Source of the DNA: Balanoglossus misakiensis
Lineage: Eukaryota > Animalia > Hemichordata
Direction: 5' to 3'
DNA length: 64,000 nt
Assembly: GCA_040954595.2 (NCBI GenBank)
Contig: CM082598.2
Coordinates: 8,199,097 to 8,263,096, forward strand
Shown here: piece after piece, positions 24,899 through 40,109 of the stretch
How positions within the stretch are numbered: position 1 is the stretch's first letter
How the letters are laid out: the number at the start of each line of letters is the position of its first letter
Notes under the pieces: model-generated
What the model was told of the DNA's origin: nothing
The model's input: the letters and a program-made list of their open reading frames with translations, nothing else
Database searches by the model: none
Position numbers and translations under genes: made by a program

Positions 24899-27800
24899 GT
24901 CACAGAATGAAAACAAATATGGAAAGAGTTATGCTGGAATGTTGTTAGGGATAGATTAATATTGCAAATAATGTAATTTCTTACATCATAAATGGTATTC
25001 AAAGAAAGGTCACATAACAGGATATGTATAGTTTCAAGGCTTTGTTTTGGAATAATGAATTCTCTACAAGATTTAAGTGGAACAGACACAGAATGAAAAC
25101 AAATAAGGAAAGAGTTATGCTGGAATGTTGTAAGGGTAGATTAATATTGCAAATAATTTAATTTCTTACATCATAAATGGAATTCAAGAAAGGTCACATA
25201 ACAGGATATGTATAGTTTCAAGGCTTTGTTTTGGAATAACGAATTCTCTACAAGGGATCTAGATTAATATTGCAAACAAATTAATTTCTTACATCATAAA
25301 TGGTATTCAAAGAAAGGTCACATAACAGGATATGTATAGTTTCAAGGCTTTGTTTTGGAATAATGAATTCTCTACAAGATTTAAGTGGAACAGACACAGA
25401 ATGAAAACAAATATGGAAAGAGTTATGCCAGAATGTTGTAAGGGATAGATTAATATTGCAAATAATTTAATTTCTTACATCATAAATGGAATTCAAAGAA
25501 TGGTCACATAACAGAATATGTTTTACTAAAAAGACTTATGTATAGTTTCAAGGGTTTGTGTTTTACTGAATTCTCTACAAGATTTAAGTGGAACAGTCAC
25601 AGAATGAAAGCAAATATGGAAAGACTTATGCTGGAATGTTGTAAGGGATAGATTAATATTGCAAATAATTTAATTTCTTACATCATAAATGGAATTCAAG
25701 AAAGGTCACATAACAGGATATGTATAGTTTCAAGGCTTTGTTTTGGAATAACGAATTCTCTACAAGGGATCTAGATTAATATTGAAAATAATTTAATTTC
25801 TTACATCATAAATGGAATTCAAAGAATGGCCACATAACGGGCCATGTTTTAGTAAAAAGACTTCTGTATAGTTTCAAGGGTTTGTGTTGAAATACCGAAT
25901 TCTCTCCAAGATTTAAGTGGAACAGTTACAGAATGAAAACAAATATTGAAATAGTTATGCTGGAATGTTGTAAGGGATAGATTAATATTGCAAAAAAATT
26001 AATTTCTTACATCATAAATGGAATTCAAAGAATGGTCACATAACGGGCCATGGTTTACTAAAAAGACTTCTGTATAGTTTCAAGGGTTTGTGTTGAAATA
26101 CCGAATTCTCTCCAAGATTTAAGTGGAACAGTCACAGAATGAAAACAAATATTGAAAAAGTTATGCTGGAATGTTGTATGGGATAGATTAATATTGCAAA
26201 AAAATAATTTCTTACATCATAAAATGAATTCAAAGAATGGTCACATAACAGGATATGTTTTACTAAAAAGACATGTATAGTTTCAAGGCTTTGTTTTGGA
26301 ATAACAAATTCTCTACAAGATTTAAGTGGAACAGACACAGAATGAAAACAAATATGGAAAGAGTTATGCCAGAATGTTGTAAGGGATAGATTAATATTGC
26401 AAATAATTTAATTTCTTACATCATAAATGGAATTCAAAGAATGGTCACATAACAGGATATGTTTTACTAAAAAGACTTATGTATAGTTTCAAGGGTTTGT
26501 GTTATACTGAATTCTCTACAAGATTTAAGTGGAACAGTCACAGAATGAAAGCAAATATGGAAAGAGTTATGCTGGAATGTTGTAAGGGATAGATTAATAT
26601 TGCAAATAATTTAATTTCTTACATCATAAATGGAATTCAAGAAAGGTCACATAACAGGATATGTATAGTTTCAAGGCTTTGTTTTGGAATAACGAATTCT
26701 CTACAAGGGATCTAGATTAATATTGAAAATAATTTAATTTCTTACATCATAAATGGAATTCAAAGAATGGCCACATAACGGGCCATGTTTTAGTAAAAAG
26801 ACTTCTGTATAGTTTCAAGGGTTTGTGTTGAAATACCGAATTCTCTCCAAGATTTAAGTGGAACAGTTACAGAATGAAAACAAATATTGAAATAGTTATG
26901 CTGGAATGTTGTTTGGGATAGATTAATATTGCAAACAAATTAATTTCTTACATCATAAATGGAATTCAAAGAATGGTCACATAACAGGCCATGCTTTACT
27001 AAAAAAACTTATGTATAGTTTCAAGGGTTTGTGTTGAAATACTGAATTCTCTCCAAGATTTAAGAGGAACAGTCACAGAATGAAAACAAATATGGAAAGA
27101 GTTATGCCGGAATGTTGTAAGGGATACATTCATATTGAAAATAATTTAATTTCTTACATCATAAATGGAATTCAAAGAATGGTCACATAACAGGCCATGC
27201 TTTACTAAAAAGACTTCTGTATAGTTTCAAGGGTTTGTGTTGAAATACCGAATTCTCTCCAAGATTTAAGTGGAAAAAGTCACAGAATGAAAGCAAATAT
27301 GGAAAGAGTTATGCTGGAATGTTGTAAGGGATAGATTAATATTGCAAACAAATTAATTTCTTACATCATAAATGGAATTCAAAGAATGGTCACATAACGG
27401 GCCATGCTTTACTAAAAAGACTTATGTATAGTTTCAAGGGTTTGTGTTGAAATACTGAATTCTCTCCAAGATTTAAGAGGAACAGTCACAGAATGAAAAC
27501 AAATATGGAAAGAGTTATGCCGGAATGTTGTAAGGGATACATTCATATTGAAAATAATTTAATTTCTTACATCATAAATGGAATTCAAAGAATGGTCACA
27601 TAACAGGCCATGCTTTACTAAAAAGACTTCTGTATAGTTTAAGGGTTTGTGTTGAAATACCGAATTCCCTCCAAGATTTAAGTGGAACAGTTACAGAATG
27701 AAAACAAATATTGAAATAGTTATGCTGGAATGTTGTAAGGGATAGATTAATATTGCAAAAAAATAATTTCTTACATCATAAAATGAATTCAAAGAATGGT

Positions 27801-30800
27801 CACATAACAGGATATGTCTTACTAAAAAGACTTATGTATAGTTTCAAGGGTTTGTGTTGAAATACTGAATTCTCTACAAGCTTTAAGTGGAAAAAGTCAC
27901 AGAATGAAAGCAAATATGGAAAGAGTTATGCTGGAATGTTGTAAGGGATAGATTAATATTGCAAATAATTTAATTTCTTACATCATAAAATGAATTCAAA
28001 GAATGGTCACATAACGAGCCATGTTTTACTAAAAAGACTTATGTATAGTTTCAAGGCTTTGTTTTGGTATAACGAATTCTCTACAAGATTTAAGTGGAAC
28101 AGTCACAGAATGAAAACAAATATGGAAAGAGTTATGCCAGAATGTTGTATGGGATAGATTAATATTGCAAAAAAATAATTTCTTACATCATAAAATGAAT
28201 TCAAAGAATGGTCACATAACAGGATATGTTTTACTAAAAAGACATGTATAGTTTCAAGGCTTTGTTTTGGAATAACAAATTCTCTACAAGATTTAAGTGG
28301 AACAGTCACAGAATGAAAACAAATATGGAAAGAGTTATGCCAGAATGGTGTAAGGGATAGATTAATATTGCAAATAATTTAATTTCTTACATCATAAATG
28401 GAATTCAAAGAATGGTCACATAACGAGCCATGTTTTACTAAAAAGACTTATGTATAGTTTCAAGGCTTTGTTTTGGTATAACGAATTCTCTACAAGATTT
28501 AAGTGGAACAGTCACAGAATGAAAGCAAATATGGAAAGAGTTATGCTGGAATGTTGTAAGGGATAGATTAATATTGCAAATAATTTAATTTCTTACATCA
28601 TAAATGGAATTCAAGAAAGGTCACATAACAGGATATGTATAGTTTCAAGGCTTTGTTTTGGAATAACGAATTCTCTACAAGGGATCTAGATTAATATTGC
28701 AAACAAATTAATTTCTTACATCATAAATGGAATTCAAAGAATGGTCACATAACGGGCCATGTTTTAGTAAAAAGACTTCTGTATAGTTTCAAGGCTTTGT
28801 TTTGCTATAACGAATTCTCTACAAGATTTAAGTGGAACAGTAACAGAATGAAAGCAAATATGGAAAGAGTTATGCTGGAATGTTGTAAGGGATAGATTAA
28901 TATTGCAAATAATTTAATTTCTTACATCATAAATGGAATTCAAGAAAGGTCACATAACAGGATATGTATAGTTTCAAGGCTTTGTTTTGGAATAACGAAT
29001 TCTCTACAAGGGATCTAGATTAATATTGCAAACAAATTAATTTCTTACATCATAAATGGTATTCAAAGAAAGGTCACATAACAGGATATGTATAGTTTCA
29101 AGGCTTTGTTTTGGAATAACAAATTCTCTACAAGATTTCAGTGGAACAGTCACAGAATGAAAACAAATATGGAAAGAGTTATGCTGGAATGTTGTAAGGG
29201 ATAGATTAATATTGCAAATAATTTAATTTCTTACATCATAAATGGAATTCAAAGAATGGTCACATAACAGGATATGTATAGTTTCAAGGCTTTGTTTTGG
29301 AATAATGAATTCTCTACAAGATTTAAGTGGAACAGACACAGAATGAAAACAAATAAGGAAAGAGTTATGCTGGAATGTTGTAAGGGTAGATTAATATTGC
29401 AAATAATTTAATTTCTTACATCATAAATGGAATTCAAGAAAGGTCACATAACAGGATATGTATAGTTTCAAGGCTTTGTTTTGGAATAACGAATTCTCTA
29501 CAAGGGATCTAGATTAATATTGCAAAGAAATTAATTTCTTACATCATAAATGGTATTCAAAGAAAGGTCACATAACAGGATATGTATAGTTTCAAGGCTT
29601 TGTTTTGGAATAATGAATTCTCTACAAGATTTAAGTGGAACAGACACAGAATGAAAACAAATATGGAAAGAGTTATGCCAGAATGTTGTAAGGGATAGAT
29701 TAATATTGCAAATAATTTAATTTCTTACATCATAAATGGAATTCAAAGAATGGTCACATAACGAGCCATGTTTTACTAAAAAGACTTATGTATAGTTTCA
29801 AGGCTTTGTTTTGGTATAACGAATTCTCTACAAGATTTAAGTGGAACAGTCACAGAATGAAAGCAAATATGGAAAGAGTTATGCTGGAATGTTGTAAGGG
29901 ATAGATTAATATTGCAAATAATTTAATTTCTTACATCATAAATGGAATTCAAGAAAGGTCACATAACAGGATATGTATAGTTTCAAGGCTTTGTTTTGGA
30001 ATAACGAATTCTCTACAAGGGATCTAGATTAATATTGCAAACAAATTAATTTCTTACATCATAAATGGAATTCAAAGAATGGTCACATAACGGGCCATGT
30101 TTTAGTAAAAAGACTTCTGTATAGTTTCAAGGCTTTGTTTTGGTATAACGAATTCTCTACAAGATTTAAGTGGAACAGTCACAGAATGAAAGCAAATATG
30201 GAAAGAGTTATGCTGGAATATTGTAAGGGATAGATTAATATTGCAAATAATTTAATTTCTTACATCATAAATGGTATTCAAAGAAAGGTCACATAACAGG
30301 ATATGTATAGTTTCAAGGCTTTGTTTTGGAATAATGAATTCTCTACAAGATTTAAGTGGAACAGACACAGAATGAAAACAAATAAGGAAAGAGTTATGCT
30401 GGAATGTTGTAAGGGTAGATTAATATTGCAAATAATTTAATTTCTTACATCATAAATGGAATTCAAGAAAGGTCACATAACAGGATATGTATAGTTTCAA
30501 GGCTTTGTTTTGGAATAACGAATTCTCTACAAGGGATCTAGATTAATATTGCAAACAAATTAATTTCTTACATCATAAATGGTATTCAAAGAAAGGTCAC
30601 ATAACAGGATATGTATAGTTTCAAGGCTTTGTTTTGGAATAATGAATTCTCTACAAGATTTAAGTGGAACAGACACAGAATGAAAACAAATATGGAAAGA
30701 GTTATGCCAGAATGTTGTAAGGGATAGATTAATATTGCAAATAATTTAATTTCTTACATCATAAATGGAATTCAAAGAATGGTCACATAACAGAATATGT

Positions 30801-33800
30801 TTTACTAAAAAGACTTATGTATAGTTTCAAGGGTTTGTGTTTTACTGAATTCTCTACAAGATTTAAGTGGAACAGTCACAGAATGAAAGCAAATATGGAA
30901 AGAGTTATGCTGGAATGTTGTAAGGGATAGATTAATATTGCAAATAATTTAATTTCTTACATCATAAATGGAATTCAAGAAAGGTCACATAACAGGATAT
31001 GTATAGTTTCAAGGCTTTGTTTTGGAATAACGAATTCTCTACAAGGGATCTAGATTAATATTGAAAATAATTTAATTTCTTACATCATAAATGGAATTCA
31101 AAGAATGGCCACATAACGGGCCATGTTTTAGTAAAAAGACTTCTGTATAGTTTCAAGGGTTTGTGTTGAAATACCGAATTCTCTCCAAGATTTAAGTGGA
31201 ACAGTTACAGAATGAAAACAAATATTGAAATAGTTATGCTGGAATGTTGTAAGGGATAGATTAATATTGCAAAAAATTAATTTCTTACATCATAAATGGA
31301 ATTCAAAGAATGGTCACATAACGGGCCATGGTTTACTAAAAAGACTTCTGTATAGTTTCAAGGGTTTGTGTTGAAATACCGAATTCTCTCCAAGATTTAA
31401 GTGGAACAGTCCCAGAATGAAAACAAATATTGAAAAAGTTATGCTGGAATGTTGTATGGGATAGATTAATATTGCAAAAAAATAATTTCTTACATCATAA
31501 AATGAATTCAAAGAATGGTCACATAACAGGATATGTTTTACTAAAAAGACATGTATAGTTTCAAGGCTTTGTTTTGGAATAACAAATTCTCTACAAGATT
31601 TAAGTGGAACAGACACAGAATGAAAACAAATATGGAAAGAGTTATGCCAGAATGTTGTAAGGGATAGATTAATATTGCAAATAATTTAATTTCTTACATC
31701 ATAAATGGAATTCAAAGAATGGTCACATAACAGGATATGTTTTACTAAAAAGACTTATGTATAGTTTCAAGGGTTTGTGTTATACTGAATTCTCTACAAG
31801 ATTTAAGTGGAACAGTCACAGAATGAAAGCAAATATGGAAAGAGTTATGCTGGAATGTTGTAAGGGATAGATTAATATTGCAAATAATTTAATTTCTTAC
31901 ATTATAAATGGAATTCAAGAAAGGTCACATAACAGGATATGTATAGTTTCAAGGCTTTGTTTTGGAATAACGAATTCTCTACAAGGGATCTAGATTAATA
32001 TTGAAAATAATTTAATTTCTTACATCATAAATGGAATTCAAAGAATGGCCACATAACGGGCCATGTTTTAGTAAAAAGACTTCTGTATAGTTTCAAGGGT
32101 TTGTGTTGAAATACCGAATTCTCTCCAAGATTTAAGTGGAACAGTTACAGAATGAAAACAAATATTGAAATAGTTATGCTGGAATGTTGTGTGCGATAGA
32201 TTAATATTGCAAACAAATTAATTTCTTACATCATAAATGGAATTCAAAGAATGGTCACATAACAGGCCATGCTTTACTAAAAAAACTTATGTATAGTTTC
32301 AAGGGTTTGTGTTGAAATACTGAATTCTCTCCAAGATTTAAGAGGAACAGTCACAGAATGAAAACAAATATGGAAAGAGTTATGCCGGAATGTTGTAAGG
32401 GATACATTCATATTGAAAATAATTTAATTTCTTACATCATAAATGGAATTCAAAGAATGGTCACATAACAGGCCATGCTTTACTAAAAAGACTTCTGTAT
32501 AGTTTCAAGGGTTTGTGTTGAAATACCGAATTCTCTCCAAGATTTAAGTGGAACAGTTACAGAATGAAAACAAATATTGAAATAGTTATGCTGGAATGTT
32601 GTGTGGGATAGATTAATATTGCAAACAAATTAATTTCTTACATCATAAATGGAATTCAAAGAATGGTCACATAACAGGCCATGCTTTACTAAAAAAACTT
32701 ATGTATAGTTTCAAGGGTTTGTGTTGAAATACTGAATTCTCTCCAAGATTTAAGAGGAACAGTCACAGAATGAAAACAAATATGGAAAGAGTTATGCCGG
32801 AATGTTGTAAGGGATACATTCATATTGAAAATAATTTAATTTCTTACATCATAAATGGAATTCAAAGAATGGTCACATAACAGGCCATGCTTTACTAAAA
32901 AGACTTCTGTATAGTTTAAGGGTTTGTGTTGAAATACCGAATTCCCTCCAAGATTTAAGTGGAACAGTTACAGAATGAAAACAAATATTGAAATAGTTAT
33001 GCTGGAATGTTGTAAGGGATAGATTAATATTGCAAAAAAATAATTTCTTACATCATAAAATGAATTCAAAGAATGGTCACATAACAGGATATGTCTTACT
33101 AAAAAGACTTATGTATAGTTTCAAGGGTTTGTGTTGAAATACTGAATTCTCTACAAGCTTTAAGTGGAAAAAGTCACAGAATGAAAGCAAATATGGAAAG
33201 AGTTATGCTGGAATGTTGTAAGGGATAGATTAATATTGCAAATAATTTAATTTCTTACATCATAAAATGAATTCAAAGAATGGTCACATAACGAGCCATG
33301 TTTTACTAAAAAGACTTATGTATAGTTTCAAGGCTTTGTTTTGGTATAACGAATTCTCTACAAGATTTAAGTGGAACAGTCACAGAATGAAAACAAATAT
33401 GGAAAGAGTTATGCCAGAATGTTGTATGGGATAGATTAATATTGCAAAAAAATAATTTCTTACATCATAAAATGAATTCAAAGAATGGTCACATAACAGG
33501 ATATGTTTTACTAAAAAGACATGTATAGTTTCAAGGCTTTGTTTTGGAATAACAAATTCTCTACAAGATTTAAGTGGAACAGTCACAGAATGAAAACAAA
33601 TATGGAAAGAGTTATGCCAGAATGGTGTAAGGGATAGATTAATATTGCAAATAATTTAATTTCTTACATCATAAATGGAATTCAAAGAATGGTCACATAA
33701 CGAGCCATGTTTTACTAAAAAGACTTATGTATAGTTTCAAGGCTTTGTTTTGGTATAACGAATTCTCTACAAGATTTAAGTGGAACAGTCACAGAATGAA

Positions 33801-35928
33801 AGCAAATATGGAAAGAGTTATGCTGGAATGTTGTAAGGGATAGATTAATATTGCAAATAATTTAATTTCTTACATCATAAATGGAATTCAAGAAAGGTCA
33901 CATAACAGGATATGTATAGTTTCAAGGCTTTGTTTTGGAATAACGAATTCTCTACAAGGGATCTAGATTAATATTGCAAACAAATTAATTTCTTACATCA
34001 TAAATGGAATTCAAAGAATGGTCACATAACGGGCCATGTTTTAGTAAAAAGACTTCTGTATAGTTTCAAGGCTTTGTTTTGCTATAACGAATTCTCTACA
34101 AGATTTAAGTGGAACAGTAACAGAATGAAAGCAAATATGGAAAGAGTTATGCTGGAATGTTGTAAGGGATAGATTAATATTGCAAATAATTTAATTTCTT
34201 ACATCATAAATGGAATTCAAGAAAGGTCACATAACAGGATATGTATAGTTTCAAGGCTTTGTTTTGGAATAACGAATTCTCTACAAGGGATCTAGATTAA
34301 TATTGCAAACAAATTAATTTCTTACATCATAAATGGTATTCAAAGAAAGGTCACATAACAGGATATGTATAGTTTCAAGGCTTTGTTTTGGAATAACAAA
34401 TTCTCTACAAGATTTCAGTGGAACAGTCACAGAATGAAAACAAATATGGAAAGAGTTATGCTGGAATGTTGTAAGGGTAGATTAATATTGCAAATAATTT
34501 AATTTCTTACATCATAAATGGAATTCAAGAAAGGTCACATAACAGGATATGTATAGTTTCAAGGCTTTGTTTTGGAATAACGAATTCTCTACAAGGGATC
34601 TAGATTAATATTGCAAACAAATTAATTTCTTACATCATAAATGGTATTCAAAGAAAGGTCACATAACAGGATATGTATAGTTTCAAGGCTTTGTTTTGGA
34701 ATAATGAATTCTCTACAAGATTTAAGTGGAACAGACACAGAATGAAAACAAATATGGAAAGAGTTATGCCAGAATGTTGTAAGGGATAGATTAATATTGC
34801 AAATAATTTAATTTCTTACATCATAAATGGAATTCAAAGAATGGTCACATAACGAGCCATGTTTTACTAAAAAGACTTATGTATAGTTTCAAGGCTTTGT
34901 TTTGGTATAACGAATTCTCTACAAGATTTAAGTGGAACAGTCACAGAATGAAAGCAAATATGGAAAGAGTTATGCTGGAATGTTGTAAGGGATAGATTAA
35001 TATTGCAAATAATTTAATTTCTTACATCATAAATGGAATTCAAGAAAGGTCACATAACAGGATATGTATAGTTTCAAGGCTTTGTTTTGGAATAACGAAT
35101 TCTCTACAAGGGATCTAGATTAATATTGCAAACAAATTAATTTCTTACATCATAAATGGAATTCAAAGAATGGTCACATAACGGGCCATGTTTTAGTAAA
35201 AAGACTTCTGTATAGTTTCAAGGCTTTGTTTTGGTATAACGAATTCTCTACAAGATTTAAGTGGAACAGTCACAGAATGAAAGCAAATATGGAAAGAGTT
35301 ATGCTGGAATGTTGTAAGGGATAGATTAATATTGCAAATAATTTAATTTCTTACATCATAAATGGAATTCAAGAAAGGTCACATAACAGGATATGTATAG
35401 TTTCAAGGCTTTGTTTTGGAATAACGAATTCTCTACAAGGGATCTAGATTAATATTGCAAACAAATTAATTTCTTACATCATAAATGGTATTCAAAGAAA
35501 GGTCACATAACAGGATATGTATAGTTTCAAGGCTTTGTTTTGGAATAACAAATTCTCTACAAGATTTCAGTGGAACAGTCACAGAATGAAAACAAATATG
35601 GAAAGAGTTATGCTGGAATGTTGTAAGGGATAGATTAATATTGCAAATAATTTAATTTCTTACATCATAAATGGAATTCAAAGAATGGTCACATAACAGG
35701 ATATGTTTTACTAAAAAGACTTATGTAAAGTTTCAAGGGTTTGTGTTGAAATACCGAATTCTCTACAAGATTTAAGTTGAACAGTCACAGAATGAAAATA
35801 AATATGGAAAGAGTTATGTTGGAATGTTGTAAGGGATAGATTAATATTGCAAATAATTTAATTTCTTACATCATAAATGGAATTCAAAGAATGGTCACAT
35901 AACGGGCCATATTTTACTAAAAAGACTT
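24899..35928. repeat. ~11-kb satellite array (monomers of ~205, ~186 and ~125 bp) with a ~5.28-kb higher-order duplication
   Basis: Monomer starts GTCACAGAATGAAAACAAATATGGAAAGAG. Identical spurious ORFs at 28103 and 33380 (offset 5277) and ORF starts at 26338 and 31616 (offset 5278). Confidence 0.97.
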
Positions 35929-36014
35929 GTAAAACATGTTCAAAATTGATAGCAGACTGTGACAGATAGTGAATGTGCCACTTTTCAATATTTATTTGCT
36001 GGAGTCCCTTCTGG

Positions 36015-38489
36015 TCAATTCTGGCAAAACATAGGTAAAATAAAATTCCCCCAGGGCTGGTAACATTTTGCTCCACAAAAGTGTATCTTAAAAATTCTCT
36101 CAACAGCAAAACCACTCGGTGACCAAACAACTAAATCACACCACTCAAGCCCACAAACAAACAACTGCCCTTGTATCTGGTAATAATAACTTTGCATTTC
36201 GGAAGCTTCCACTGGTGTATGCTTTGCATATTTTGAGAGAGATTTAACGTCTACACAGCCATATTGAGCACTGGTATCAACACCCAACTTAATAGCAACA
36301 AATTTATCCAAGGAAGCACCTAAGAAAGGAAAACTTGGGTTGACAACTAAACCCATGTCTCTTGATGTAACTGAGTAGCCCTTTCTTTCCAGATCTTGGA
36401 TATACTGTGCTACAGCAATGTGTTCACTTTGAATGTCCCATTTGGTGTGCTTATTTGAAAATTTCTTTGGTGAAATAATGTTTTCAACCAAAGTGTCAGG
36501 GGGGTACTTTTGCCTGCAGACAACATCTTTAAATTTGCTCGCCGTGATTCTCAATTCACGTTGTGAGTACCAATTTGGATTTCTGCATTGGCCCTGAGTG
36601 GACATCTCTATTCTGCTTGACTCTGCAACAATCGAAACATTAACCTTAGATTCATAAAAATCATATAAATCCTCATTAATATTGTAAATAAGTTTTCCGG
36701 TATGACTGCTCTCACTGGGTTGTACATTGCAAAACTCATCAGAAGTTACGTCTACATTATTTCGCAAAGCTTCAGTAACTTGACATGGTACAGTGTTGTT
36801 AATAGCAGGCTCACAATCATTGGAATACAGTAGCTCAACAAGTTGACCACAAGCACTCAGGAGGTCAGCAAGTTGTGTTACCTTTTCTTTTGTAACAATT
36901 TTATCTTTTGTTGGACATGCATAATATTCACTTTTTCTTTTTCGAGGACGATATACTTTATCTGAATTACAGTCACGTTCATAGTCATACTTAATCCAGT
37001 CAATTGAGTCAAACTTGACAGCTGTGTTTCCATAAACGCTGGGATGGTGATGAACTTGTAATTTCTCAGTGCATGCAGCTGTATCTGGTACCTCCTTCAG
37101 TCCACATCTATGAAAATCCATTATGGCAAAAATGGTGGCAGCTATGTATTTGCTGTATCCACCAGCACCCGCTTTACACACACATTTACCTCCAAGTATT
37201 TTACCTGTGTTCTGATCGAGGAGAACTAGGGTGGAGTACTGTTATTTTGAGGGGTACTGGATCAACAGCCTTGGAATATGACTTGACAACCATTGATTTA
37301 ATAAATAACACTGACTGATGCTCGCGATCATGAATTAAAATGTTCTTGACATGGTTACTCTTGTAAAAGTTCCAACCACTATCCCTATGTTTTCGAGCAG
37401 TACTGTGGCAGTTGTCGCACTTTGTGATGAAATAATCAAAAATGGTGCTATCAGTTAAATCGGGCAGATTACTTATGTTCCTTGTCCATCCTCCTGCTGG
37501 AGGATATGTCAGCATTGACTCCACAGTGTTGACAGACACTTGAACTTGGCACCCTTCACCACGATTACCAGCTCCATCAGGATCAACCAAGTACTGCTTG
37601 TCCCATCCATGACCAATGTATAAATGCACAATATTTAAAAGAATGTTAATACTGCTCTAGGGTGGGTAAAGTACTGCACTTTACTAAAACAAAATCAATT
37701 AATCAAAGAAATAACTCCATTTTCCCAATGTTTACATTAGAAAAAAAAGTTGTTGAGACTTTAATATATTCTAAATGAACAAAATATTTTATTTCGTGAT
37801 TGAAACAAAAATTTGATTGTTTTACTTAGTTAGTTATTCAAGTACATGAATCTATTCAAACTTGATGACCAAGCATGACCTGCATACATACAATGTTGTA
37901 AATATGTAGCTGCTGTATACATTGTACTACATCAACGGCCCATTATCTAATCCCTTCGTTACAAACTGACAATCTACATCAACATCTTTGGCTCTAAATT
38001 TTGCAAGCTCTAGCTCTACAATGGACGAAAGACAGCCTGCCAGTATGACGTGCGTAACATCGTCACGCACGGTAAGGGTACCGGGCCTGATATAACCCGG
38101 GCCGATCGTCGATCTGTACTATGCAGTCAAACACGATCCCTCCATAAAGAAAATTACTAGTATATTTCGGCTACCAAGCGAGTTGCCAGTATTCACGCTA
38201 ACAATAGGTTGCTCAGTTTATTTTTTGCACAAATCGGGGTGGGCGGCGAACTTCACATGTGTGAAATGAAATCTTGTGCAGCTTGGCTGTCGGCGATAGC
38301 AGTCGGTAGCAGGCAGCATTACAAAAACTCGCTAAAATTATAAAATGTTTGTTACCTTTCAACAAGTTCTCGCTTGTTTCCACGTAGACTGGCACCCTTT
38401 CTGCATCTCAGCCATCTCTTCAGCTCTGTTATGGTCAATTCTTCTGGTTTACGACATTTTAAATCTGACCTCGGAATCGCGGATGACAT
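36015..38489 (-). pseudogene. SAP-SWIM-YqaJ (lambda-exonuclease-like) transposon accessory gene, ISL2EU/KolobokE type, disrupted
   Basis: Exon 38356-38489 encodes MSSAIP...PEELTITELKRWLRCRKGASLRGNKRELVER (SAP) followed by GTAAC. Downstream are a SWIM-like CKAGAGGYSKYIAA and YqaJ motifs TQGQ..W, RITASKF, FLGASLD and YYYQIQGQL. There is a frame break near 37200. Confidence 0.8.
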
Positions 38490-38759
38490 TGTTTACTCAT
38501 GAATATTGATAGAAAAGTTATGGCTGCGACCTTGTACCCCTGAGGACAACAATGCATTGCGGCTATGACGTCATCGCCATCTTTATGCAATGTCACATGC
38601 ATCTATTGGTCTTTCAGTAGCTATTTAATATATACAAGAACAAAAATATTAATAGGGATTATCTAAAAATAGCGGCAAGGACAATGTGCTCACATTTTTT
38701 TGAATTAGTACATTTAAGTGAGATATACTTTATCAACAATAAATGGTCTCATACTGATC

Positions 38760-38891
38760 AATTTATGCAGACCAACAGCCAGCCAGCAAGCCAACCAAAT
38801 AGACATACTAGTACATAAATATGCCACCAACTGATCCAATAAAGCTCCCATAGGTATATATACATACCGGTATACCATATGGGAGCTAAAA
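38760..38891 (-). mobile_element. HINE/Helentron-like end remnant
   Basis: AGCTCCCATA...TATGGGAGCTAAAAA stem-loop, the same layout as at ~2526-2560. Confidence 0.4.
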
Positions 38892-40109
38892 ATTGCAATA
38901 TAGTGGTTGCCAGGCAGTCATTTTGGATATGCCAAGTTTGAACAAAATTGGTTCAGGCATGTCTGAGTGAGAGCTGCAGATTTTAAGAAATATGTACCAA
39001 GCCATTTTGGGTCATATCACTAAACGAACTGATGTTCATATGTACTGCATAGTGCATTGTCCTTGTACCAAGTTTGAATGAAATTGGTCTAGGCATGTCT
39101 GAGTAATGGCTCAGATGGATGAACAATCCACCTTGGGAATTCTAGTGATTACAGAACAGAGTCTAGCATGGTTGCAGCTAATACAATCCACTCGGGTGTT
39201 ATGTATGTATAAAAAATGATCAAAAAAGTACCTGCAAAGTCAAAAGCTGTTTTCCTATTTAGGTCCATGATAACTATGGCTGGAAAGTGGCCACAAATGA
39301 CACATGTATACTCGTAAGCTGTGTTACACAGTGCTTCAAAATGTAGATATGCGTTCATGATATCATCATGTGAGACAGGCATCTTTTGATGTTGAAAGTC
39401 TTCGAGTGTTTGCACAGCTCTTCCAATGGCAGTATGATTCTGAAATAGTGATAAAACATGTCTTGCTGACTTGACAACTCTAACAGAAATGACTTTTATC
39501 AACTTATTATAAAACTGATTATAGGTGAGAAAATTGTGCAACAGTGATTTCAACTCTGAGTCTTTTGACACTTATTATGAAGAAAGGCATATTATAAGTG
39601 GAATATACCAACAAGGTGAATCCTCAAGACTAGACAAAGACCACTTAAAAAAACAACATAATAACAACCACTCTACCTTTATATTTGCTCGCAGCCACAA
39701 ACACAATTGATGTGTCAGAAACACTTTGTTATTAAAGTTGTGTATACCATCAGTATATTCTTGGTATCTATATGTCATTGTGCATGTAGGACATTTTTTG
39801 TTGTACACTGCAACATCTGTGAAATATGAAGAAACAAAATTTATAAATCTGTATTGTGTTCTGCATACATATACAGAAGTGTATTTGTCTTTTCTGTTGC
39901 GCAACTACATGTGTGTGCATGTTTTAAAAACCAATAATTTTACACTCAGGGCAGTTAATCCTATAAATGGTTCGCTCAGGAGGATTGTTACCAGGATTAA
40001 ACAATTTCTAATAAGGTACCTACATGTTTAAACAAATTTTCAGAGTAATCTGACCAGCAATTATTGACTATTACATTTTTCAGTTTTGCATATTTTGGTC
40101 GTGAAAACT

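Noticed and set aside
24899-35928. CRISPR-like array or repeated small genes (MSVPLKSCREF ORFs)
   Set aside because: There are no unique spacers and no cas genes. The monomers are contiguous satellite units and the ORFs are by-products of the repeat.
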